NCBI GenBank assembly: GCA_964035545.1 | Contig: OZ037765.1 | Coordinates: 15,262,698-15,326,697 of the forward strand | From: Bugula neritina | Taxonomy: Eukaryota; Animalia; Bryozoa | Length of the DNA stretch: 64,000 nt | Reading direction: 5' to 3' | In this document: positions 18,801 to 29,892 of the stretch, piece after piece | Layout: every line of letters begins with the position of its first letter | Position numbering within the stretch: the first letter of the stretch is position 1 | Translations under genes and position numbers: made by a program | Notes under the pieces: model-generated | The model's database searches: none | What the model was told of the DNA's origin: nothing | The model's input: only the letters and a program-made list of their open reading frames with translations

Positions 18801-21800
18801 GATATATACAGCAACATACTGAAATATACTGCGACACATTGAGATATACTGCAACATAGTTCACTGTAATGCAAGATACTGCAACATTCTGAAATACACT
18901 GTGACATACTGAAATACACTGCAACATACTGCAACATACTGCAACATACTGCAACATACTGAAATACACTGTCACATATTGAAGTACACTGCAACACATT
19001 GAAATATACTGCAACACACTGAAACATACGGCAACATACTGAAATATACTGCAACGCATTGAAATATACTGCAACATACTGAAATATGCTGTAGTATACT
19101 GAAATACACTGCAACATATTGTAGTACACTGTAATATACAGAAATGTACTGCAACATACTGAAACATATGTCAACATACTGAAATGTACTGCAACATGCT
19201 GAAATATATTGCAACATACTGAAATACACTGTAACAAACCCAATTACACTGCAACAAACTGCAACATACTGAATTACGCTGTAACATATTGAAATACGCT
19301 CTAACACATTGAAAGAAACTGCAACATACCTAAATATACGATAATATACTGAAATATACTGTAACACATTGAAAAACATTGCAACATACTGAAACATGCT
19401 GTAGCACACTGAAATACACTGCAACATACTGAAATACACTGTAAAATACTGAAATACACTGCAACATACTGCAACATACTGAAATACACTGTAACCTAGT
19501 GAAATACACTGCAACATACTACAACATACTGAAATACACTGTAACATTATGAACTACACTGCAACACATTAAAAAATACTGCAACATACCGAAATATATG
19601 GTAAACTACTGAAATATACTGTAACACATTTAAAAAAACTGCATCATACTAAAATATACTGTAACACACTGAAATATACTGCAAAACACTGAAATACATT
19701 GTAACATACTGAAATACACTGTAACATACTGAAATATACTGCAACACACTGCAACATGCTGAAATACGCTGTAACATACTGAAATGCACTGCAACATACT
19801 ACAACATATTGAAATACACTGCAACACATTGAAATATACTGCAACACACTGAAACATACGGCAGCATATTGAAATATACTGCAACACATTGAAATATACC
19901 GCAACATACTGAAATATGCTGTAGCACACTGAAATACACTGCAACCCACTATAATATAGTGTAATATACAGAAATGTACTGTAACATAGTGAAATATACT
20001 GTAACATACTGAAAGATACTGCAACATACTGAAGTACACTGCAACATACTGCAACATACTGAAATACACTGGAACATATTGAAATACACTACAACACATT
20101 GCAATATACTGCAACACACTGAAACGTACGGCAACATACTGAAATATACTGCGACACATTGAGATATACTGCAACATAGTTAAATATAATGCAAGATACT
20201 GCGACATACTGAAATACACTGTGACATACTGAAATACCCTGCAACATACTGCAACATACTGGAATACACTGCAACACATTGAAATAAACCGCAACATACC
20301 TAAATATACGGTAATATACTGAAATATACTGTAACACATCAAAAAACATTGCAACATACTGCAACATACTGAATTACGCTGTAACATTTTGAAATACACT
20401 ACAACGCATTGCAATATACTGCAACACACTGAAACGTACGGCAACATACTGAAATATACTGCGACACATTGAGATATACTGCAACATAGTTAAATATAAT
20501 GCAAGATACTGCGACATACTGAAATACACTGTGACATACTGAAATACACTGCAACATACTACAACACATTGAAATACACTGCAACACATTGAAATAAACC
20601 GCAACATACCTAAATATACGATAATATACTGAAATATACTGTAACACATTGAAAAACATTGCAACTTACTGAAACATGCTGTAGCACACTGAAATACACT
20701 GCAACATACTGAAATACACTGTAAAATACTGAAATACACTGCAACATGCTGAAATACACTGTAACCTACTGAAATATGCTGTAGCACACTGAAATATACT
20801 GCAACATACTGAAATATAATGCAAGTTACTACAACATACTGAAATACACTGTGACATACTGAGATACACTGCAACATATGGCAACATACTGCAACATACT
20901 GAAATACACTGTAACATATTGAATATCACTGCAACACCTTGAAATATACTGCAACACACTGAAAGATACGGCAACATACTGAAATATACTGCGACACATT
21001 GAAATATACTGCAGCATACTGAAATATGCTGTAGTATACTGAAATATACTGTAACACACTGTAATATACTGCAACATACTGCAACATACTGACATACATA
21101 GAACATACTGAAATACACTGCAACATATTACAACATACTGAAACACACTGTAACCTACTAAAATATGCTGTAGCACACTGAAATATACTGCAACATACTG
21201 AGATATAATGCAAGTTACTACAACATACTGAAATACAATGTGACATACTGAGATACACTGCAACAGCTTGAAATATACTGCAACACACTGAAAGATACGG
21301 CAACATACTGAAGTATACTGCGACACATTGAAATATACTGCAGCATACTGAAATACTCTGTAGCATACTGAAATATACTGTAACACACTGAAATATACTG
21401 CAACATACTGAAAAACATTGTAACATACTGAAATATACTGCAACATACTGAAATACACCGTAACATACTGAAATATACTGCAACATACTGCAACATACCG
21501 AAATACATTGTAACATACTGAAATACACTGCAACATACTGCAACATACTGAAATACACTGGAACATATTGAAACACACTACAACACATTGAAATATACTG
21601 CAACACACTGAAACATACAGCAATATACCAAAATATACTGCGACACATTGACATATACTGCAACATAGTTAAATATAATGCAAGATACTGCAGTATTCTG
21701 AAATACACTGCAACACACTGCAACATACTGCAACATACTGCAACATACTGAAATACACTGTAAAATATTGAAGTGCACTGCAACACATTGAAATATACTG

Positions 21801-22032
21801 CAACACACTGAAATATACGGCAACATACTGAAATATACTGCAACACATTGAAATATACTGCAACATAGTCAAATATAATGCAAGATACTGTAACATTCTG
21901 AAATACACTGTGACATACTGAAATACACTGCAACATACTGCTACATACTGCAACATACTGCAACATATTGAAATACCCTGTCACATATTGAAGTACACTG
22001 CAACACATTGAAATATACTGCAACACACTGAA
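9865..22032 (+). repeat. Higher-order tandem duplication, 2 x 6082 bp, followed by a rearranged partial third copy (~22530-25980)
   Basis: Constant offset of 6082 (10114/16196, 10202/16284, 12196/18278, 14747/20829, 15587/21669). The third copy sits at offsets 6602 then 6462 (16196/22798, 18278/24740). Confidence 0.9.
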
Positions 22033-25000
22033 ACATACGGCAACATACTGAAGTATACTGCAACACATTGAAATATACTGCAACATACTGAAATATGCTG
22101 TAGTATACTAAAATACACTGCAACACAGTGAAGTATACTGTAAAATACAGAAATATACTGTAACATACTGAAACATATGTCAGAATACTGAAATGTACTG
22201 CAACATGCTGAAATATATTGCAACATACTGAATAACACTGTACCATACTCAATTACACTGCAACAAACTGCAACATACTGAACTACGCTGTAACATATTG
22301 AAATACGCTCCAACACATTGAAAGAAACTGCAACATACCTAAATATACGATAATATACTGAAATATACTGTAACACATTAAAAAACATTGCAACATACTG
22401 AAACATGCTGTAGCACACTGAAATACACTGCAACATACTGAAATACACTGTAAAATACTGAAATACACCGCAACATACTGCAACATACTGAAATACACCG
22501 TAACCAACTGGAATATGCTGTAGCACACTGAAATATACTGCAACATACTGAAATATAATGCAAGTTACTACAACATACTGAATTATACTGCAACATACTG
22601 AAATACACTGTAAAATACTGAAATACACCGCAACATACTGCAACATACTGAAATACACCGTAACCAACTGGAATATGCTGTAGCACACTGAAATACACTG
22701 CAACATACTGAAATACACTGTAAAATACTGAAATACACTGCAACATACAGCAACATACTGAAATACACTTTAACCTACTGAAATACACTGCAACATACTA
22801 CAACATACTGAAATACACAGTAACATTATGAATTACACTGCAACACATTGAAAAATAACTGCAACATACCGAAATATATGGTAAACTACTGAAAGATACT
22901 GTAACACATTGAAAAAAACTGCAACATACTGAAATATACTGTAGCACACTGAAATATACTGCAACATACTGAGATATAATGCAAGTTACTACAACATACT
23001 GAAATACACTGTGACATACTGAGATACACTGCAACAGCTTGAAATATACTTCAACACACTGAAAGATACGGCAACATACTGAAGTATACTGCGACACATT
23101 GAAATATACTGCAGCATACTGAAATACTCTGTAGCATACTGAAATATACTGTAACACACTGAAATATACTGCAACATACTGAAATACATTGTAACATACT
23201 GAAATATACTGCAACATACTGAAATACACTGTAACATACTGAAATATACTGCAACATACTGCAACATACCGAAATACACTGTAACATACTGAAATACACT
23301 GCAACATACTGCAACATACTGAAATACACTGGAACATATTGAAACACACTACAACACATTGAAATATACTGCAACACACTGAAACATACAGCAATATACC
23401 AAAATATACTGCGACACATTGACATATACTGCAACATAGTTAAATATAATGCAAGATACTGCAATATTCTGAAATACACTGTGACATACTGAAATACACT
23501 GCAACATACTGCAACATACTGCAACATACTGCAACATACTGCAACATACTGAAAGACACTGTAAAATATTGAAGTGCACTGCAACACATTGAAATATACT
23601 GCAACACACTAAAAGATACGGCAACATACTGAAATATACTGCGACACATTGAAATATACTGCAGAATACTGAAATATGCTGTAGCATACTGAAATATACT
23701 GTAACACACTGAAATATACTGCAACACACTGCAACATACTGAAATACACTGTGACATACTGAAATACACTGCAACTTATTACAACATATTGAAATACACT
23801 GCAACACAATAAAATATACTGCAACACACTGAAACATACGGCAACATATTGAAATATACTGCAACACATTGAAATATACCGCAACATACTGAAATATGCT
23901 GTAGCACACTGAAATACACTTCAACCAACTGCAACATACTGAAATACACTGGAACATATTGAAATACACTACAACACATTGAAATATACTGCAACACACT
24001 GAAATATACTGTAACACATTGAAAAACATTGTAACATACTGAAACATACTGAAATATGCTGTAGCACACTGAAATACACCGCAATTCACTGAAAAATAGT
24101 GTAATATACGGAAATGTACCGTAACATACTGAAATATACTGTAACAGACTGAAATGTACTGTAACACACTGAAATATACTGCAACATGCTGAAATACACT
24201 CTGACATACTGAAATACACTGCGACACATTGAAATAAACCGCAACATACCTAAATATACGGTAACATACTGAAATATACTGTAACACATTGAAAAACATT
24301 GTAACATACTGAAACATACTGAAATATGCTGTAGCACACTGAAATACACCGCAATTCACTGAAAAATAGTGTAATATACGGAAATGTACCGAAACATACT
24401 GAAATAAACTGTAACAGACTGAAATGTACTGTAACACACTGAAATATACTGCAACATGCTGAAATACACTGTAACATACTGAAATAAACTGCAAAATACT
24501 GCAACATACCAAAATACACTGTAACAAACTGAAATACACTCCAACATACTACAACATACTGAAATATACTGTAACATATTGAAATACATCGCAACACATT
24601 GAAATATACTGCAACATACCGAAATATATGGTAAACTACTGAAATATACTGTAACACATTGAAACCTACCGCAAAATACTAAAATACACGGCAACACATT
24701 GAAGTATACTGTAATATATAGAAATGTACTGTAAAATACTTAAACATACGACAACATACTAAAAAATATACTGCGACATACTGAATTACACTGCAATATA
24801 CTGAAATATACTTCAACATACTGAAACATACCTAAAATTACCGAAATATACTGAAATACAGTGTAGGATATTGAAATACACTGCAACAATTTTGAATATA
24901 CAGCAACATACCGAATTATATGGTCACCTACTGAAATATGTTGCAAACTACTGAAATACACTGCAACATACTGCAACATAATGAAATATACTGTAACACA

Positions 25001-26344
25001 CTGGAATAGACTGCAAAATACTGAAATATACTGTAACATACTGAAACATACTGCAACATACCGAAATATACTGCGACACATTGAAATATACTGCAACACA
25101 TTGAAATATACTGCAACACACTGAAACATACGGCAACATATTGAAATAAACTGCAACACATTGAAATATACCGCAACATACTGCAACATACTGCAACATA
25201 CTAAAATGCACTGTAAAATATTGAAGTGCACTGCAACACATTGATATATACTGCAACACACTGATATATACAGCAACATACTGAAATATACGGCGACACA
25301 TTGAGATATACTGCAACATAGTTCACTATAATGCAAGATACTGCAACATTCTGAAATACACTGTGACATACTGAAATACACTGCAACATACTGCAACATA
25401 CTGCAACATACTGCAACATACTGAAATACACTGTCACATATTGAAGTACACTGCAACACATTGAAATATACTGCAACACACTGAAACATACGGCAACATA
25501 CTGAAATATACTGCAACGCATTGAAATATACTGCAACATACTGAAATATGCTGTAGTATACTGAAATACACTGCAACATATTGTAGTACACTGTAATATA
25601 CAGAAATGTACTGCAACATACTGAAACATATGTCAACATACTGAAATGTACTGCAACATGCTGAAATATATTGCAACATACTGAAATACACTGTAACAAA
25701 CCCAATTACACTGCAACAAACTGCAACATACTGAATTACGCTGTAACATATTGAAATACGCTCTAACACGTTGAAAGAAACTGCAACATACCTAAATATA
25801 CGATAATATACTGAAATATACTGTAACACATTGAAAAACATTGCAACATACTGAAACATGCTGTAGCACACTGAAATACACTGCAACATACTGAAATACA
25901 CTGTAAAATACTGAAATACACTGCAACATACTGCAACATACTGAAATACACTGTAACCTAGTGAAATACACTGCAACATACTACAACATACTGAAATACA
26001 CTGCAACATACTGAAATACACTGTAAAATACTGAAATACACTGAAACATACTGCAACATACTGAAATATAGTGCAACATATCGAAGTATATTGTAATATA
26101 CAGACGTGTATTGTAACATACTGAAACATACTGAAAGCTACTGGAATATACTTCAACATACTGAATTATACTGCAACATACCGCAACATACTGAATTACA
26201 CTGTAACATATTGAAATACACTGTAACATTATGAATTACACTGCAACACATTGAAAAATACTGCAACATACCGAAATATATGGTAAACTACTGAAATATA
26301 CTTTAACACATTGAAAAAAACTGCATCATACTGAAATAAACTCT

Positions 26345-26346
26345 AA
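26345..26346. other. Left copy of the 2-bp target-site duplication (AA); right copy at 28901-28902
   Basis: The filled site is CTCT-AA-[element]-AA-CACACTGAAATATACTGCAAAACACTGA. Empty paralogues read CTGT-AA-CACACTGAAATATACTGCAAAACACTGA (e.g. 4261, 13577, 19659, 37078, 43569). Confidence 0.75.
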
Positions 26347-26453
26347 CACAGTTCGTTTAAGGTCATACTTTTCATTTTCTGGCTCTTTGCCAGGTGCTTT
26401 ATGTTCTATATGAACAATGTTCCACTGATAGCTCGAACAGGTTGAATGTCACA
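26347..26453 (+). repeat. Left terminal inverted repeat (imperfect, ~107 bp)
   Basis: Blocks CACAGTTCGTTTAAGGTCAT (26347-26366), TGCTTTATGTT (26395-26405), GATAGCTCGAACAG (26427-26440) and TCACA (26449-26453) all match the reverse complement of the right end. Confidence 0.9.
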
Positions 26454-26911
26454 GGAACAAAAAAAATATGAAAAGATAAAGAAACTTATGTTCTCCAATA
26501 TACTTTTTTATTTTTTTCAAAAGCCAATTCATGTTTAAGTTATAGCTTGTTGAAAAACATAGTCCCCCTTCCACATTCTTTTTAATTTATACGCTCCTGA
26601 CTTGTTATTGTGTCTCAATATGCCTTGTATTTGAGTGCTTGTTAGTCTCGCTTCACTAACTTTGCCTATACTTCACAAGTGCCAGTGCTGCTGGCTCAAA
26701 AGCTAAATGTTATAAACTGTCAGCTAAAACCCAATCTTGTATTCCTAGGTTGGTTGGCCTAAATAAAACAATAGTCAAATCATGATTTTATGTTTTAAAA
26801 ATTTACTCTATTCTAACCTGCTGCCTAGCTAGTTCTATTTTTGATGTATAATTACAAAATTTGTGATACATTTTTTTGGCAACCATGTGATTTATAAAAT
26901 GCAGTAATGGT

Positions 26912-27005
26912 ACTTATAATATTATATTATTATCATTATAATATATTATATAGTATTATGTGTGTTTTTATTATACTGCATAATATCTATTTTATTATTG
27001 TTGTT
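26912..27005. repeat. AT-rich low-complexity (TAT/ATT-like) tract inside the transposon
   Basis: ttataatattatattattatcattataatatattatatagtattatg...tttattattgttgttg. Confidence 0.6.
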
Positions 27006-27924
27006 GTGCAAACAAGTGCAATTAACCTAGTTTTCAAAATGTACCTCTAAATTATCAGAATATCAGTTTAGATATTTTCATGCTTTGTAAGGTAAACCTA
27101 AAAAAAGAGGCTGTATTCCCAAAGTAAAGGGTGTTGAACTATGAACTATATTAGATTAGCCACTCTGCTACCAAGTGCATCAGTATAATATTATATGAAT
27201 AGCTCTGATGCTTTGTCTCCGGTGGCTGGCTGCGATATGATAACTTGGCCAACTTCCAAGAGTTTAAAATTGGCGCAATTATTCAAGAGGTTACATACTG
27301 CACAGAGCTAGCAGTGATAGTAACCTTGCTATCGGCTGTACTTATTACAACTGCCAGCATATAAGCTGCATTGTAGAATGCCGTTGGGGTAGGCTAGTAA
27401 AACCAAATTCTGCTCTCTAATATACCTTAGACACAATGCAGCAACATAATTGTTCGTTTCAAATTACATTGCCACCCTTACATGAGCTGTGGGCTTCATA
27501 AAGATTCATATGATTTATGCTATAGGCTAGCTATGGTGAAAAGAAAACACCATTGTCAAAGTTAACTTCAAGTATGTTGTTTTCCAGAAACTCAGTAATG
27601 TCCATTTATATCTCCCGCATACAAATACTTATGTAATAGCATACAGCTTAAGTTTTATTTTAGAGCACATCTGCAAACTCTACAATAAGAGCTTGCTTTA
27701 CCAGTCTATTTCAGACCTGTTTTTGTAGCTAGTAATACGCAAGCTACTTATTTTTAAACTTTTGGGTTATTTGTTCAAAACCATTAGCTTTGCTAGTAAC
27801 CCGAGACTATTGCAACAGTTGACTGCTATCAACATGAATTGACAGCCTAATAATTATAACCCATTTGCGCGCAAAATATTTATGTACTCATAGTTACTCA
27901 TATAGTTGGAAATTTATTACCGAT

Positions 27925-27996
27925 GACTGCGTGGTCCAGAGGTTAAAGGCGTCGGCGAGAAGCTGGTTGGTCAGGGTTCAATCCTAGTATGCTGCA
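27925..27996 (+). ncRNA. tRNA-derived (SINE-head-like) Pol III unit; not a functional tRNA
   Basis: A-box TGGTCCAGAGG (27932-27942) and B-box GGTTCAATCCT (27975-27985) start 43 nt apart, a tRNA-like spacing. There is a D-arm-like GTCC-AGAGGTTAA-AGGC and a stem TCGGC/GCTGG with a 5-nt loop in the anticodon-arm position. The acceptor and T stems are degenerate. Confidence 0.6.
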
Positions 27997-28005
27997 TTTT
28001 TTTTT
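27997..28005 (+). terminator. Oligo-T (T9) putative Pol III terminator
   Basis: Nine consecutive T residues directly after the tRNA-like sequence, beginning 12 nt after the B box. Confidence 0.5.
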
Positions 28006-28801
28006 GTCAATTTATGCAAATCCTACGCATGTATAATAAATATGGCTATAATTGTAAAGTTTTTTTTAACTTTTGTTCAACAGTAAGACAACATACATGC
28101 ATAATACTTAGCTACTGAACACTGGGCTAAACTTTAAATTGATCTTATAGAATACAATGTACTTAAAATAATCATATGTGAATTAGAGAAACTGGAAGTA
28201 CAACTGCTGCACTATAGACAGACCTTTACTGACAAGACTGCAAAGTGAAGTGATTTAGCTGAAATTAACTCTGCCAAACAAACAAAGAATTATGTTGTGC
28301 TGAGGCATTGTCAATAGATTGTAACATAGTGAGATGATTCAGCTAAGTGCTAATGTAAAACAGGGAACATTATATTGGCAGAAATCCAATAGATTGCCAA
28401 TTTGTGCGAGAGGGTACTATATGTTATTGTGATAGCGCAGAGCGGCAAACGTACTAGGAATGTTATAATTAGTCACAGGAGCGTAGCTAGAACCACCATA
28501 TGAAGAATTTAGATAATTGCAGTGAAACTTGCAAAATGGTGTATGTTTTTACCAAATTGTAAAGAGCATAAACAGAATTTCAAAAAACAAAGAAAGTATA
28601 TTAGAGAAAACATATCAAGGAATGTCAAGTTTAACTTTTAGACTTTATAAAATGAATCCCCTGTGCTACAGCAGTGGAACATGGAGGGTGTAAAATTTTA
28701 CTTATTATGCAACAACTTTCTCAGAAAATTTTTTATTGAAAAATTAAAAAAGTATATGAAAGAGGAATGCAAGAGCTATCTTTTCATGTAAAATTTGTTA
28801 A

Positions 28802-28900
28802 TGTGAGACAAAAACTGTTCGAGCTATCCCCTGGAAACCGTTTATATATAACATAAAGCAGTGCCTGAATGTGGAAAGTAATGACCTTAAACTAACTGTG
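28802..28900 (-). repeat. Right terminal inverted repeat (imperfect, ~99 bp)
   Basis: The reverse complement reads CACAGTTAGTTTAAGGTCAT-TACTTTCCACATTCAGGCAC-TGCTTTATGTTATATATAAACGGTTTCCAGGGGATAGCTCGAACAG-TTTTTGTCTCACA, a net 8 bp shorter than the left TIR. Confidence 0.9.
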
Positions 28901-29892
28901 AACACACTGAAATATACTGCAAAACACTGAAATACACTGTAACATACTGAAATACAGTGTAACATACTGAAATATACTGCAACACACTGCAACATACTGA
29001 AATACGCTGTAACATACTGAAATACACTGCAACATACTACAACATATTGAAATACACTGCAACACATTGAAATATACTGCAACACACTGAAACATACGGC
29101 AACATATTGGAATATACTGCAACACATTGAAATATACCGCAACATACTGAAATATGCTGTAGCACACTGAAATACTTTGCAACTCACTATAATATAGTGT
29201 AATATACAGAAATGTACTGTAACATACTGAAATATACTGCAACATACTGAAATATACTGCAACACACTGCAACATGCTGAAATACGCTGTAACATACTGA
29301 AATACACTGCAACATACTACAACACATTGAAATACACTGCAACACATTGAAATATACTGCAACACACTGAAACATACGGCAACATATTGAAATATACTGC
29401 AACAAATTGAAATATACCGCAACATACTGAAATATGCTGTAGCACACTGAAATACACTGCAACCAACTATAATATAGTGTAATATACAGAAATGTACTGT
29501 AACATAGTGAAATATACTGTAACCTACTGAAAGATACTGCAACATACTGAAGTACACTGCAACATACTGCAACATACTGAAATACACTGGAACATATTGA
29601 AATACACTACAACACATTGAAATATACTGCAACACACTGAAACGTACAGCAACATACTGAAATATACTGCGACACATTGAGATATACTGCAACATAGTTA
29701 AATATAATGCAAGATACTGCGACATACTGAAATACACTGTGACATACTGAAATACCCTGCAACATACTGCAACATACTGGAATACACTGCAACACATTGA
29801 AATAAACCGCAACATACCTAAATATACGGTAATATACTGAAATATACTGTAACACATCAAAAAACATTGCAACATACTGCAACATACTGAAT

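Larger units (their letters stand above)
1..26346 (+). repeat. Decameric tandem satellite, left arm (GCAACATACT/GTAACAYACT alternating with GAAATAYACT; ~20-bp dimer)
   Basis: Uninterrupted 10-bp periodicity is visible in the 10-base blocks. The + strand is A/C-rich and G-poor. Only rare 1-2 bp phase slips occur (e.g. ~2911, ~4941, ~5609, ~6720). The array runs off the left edge of the window. Confidence 0.98.
26347..28900. mobile_element. Non-autonomous TIR DNA transposon (2554 bp), probably CMC superfamily (CACTA/EnSpm/Mirage-like)
   Basis: Begins CACAGTTCGTTTAAGGTCAT and ends ATGACCTTAAACTAACTGTG (19/20 reverse-complement match). Inverted similarity extends ~100 bp and AA flanks both ends. 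The satellite resumes exactly as at paralogous empty sites. No ORF in the track lies wholly inside it. The superfamily call is inferred from the CAC...GTG termini plus a 2-bp TSD. Confidence 0.88.

Noticed and set aside
27209-27364. ATG-less open stretch of ~50 codons (...GGWLRYDNLANFQEFKIGAIIQEVTYCTELAVIV...), plus a similar ~40-codon stretch near 28513-28640
   Set aside because: Both are short and have no motif I recognise. BLASTX against transposases would be needed to call them relic exons.
27925-27996. Functional tRNA gene
   Set aside because: The anticodon loop is 5 nt and the acceptor and T stems pair poorly, so no anticodon can be assigned.
26347-28900. Transib/ProtoRAG (RAG-like) transposon assignment
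   Set aside because: The terminus is heptamer-like, but there is no 5-bp TSD and no RAG1/Transib coding sequence. The nonamer-like ACAAAAACT at 28808-28816 has the wrong orientation and distance for an RSS.
28798-29307. 169-aa ORF with a non-repetitive C-terminus (TVSLRSLLSTFRHC...)
   Set aside because: It is simply satellite read-through into the right TIR.
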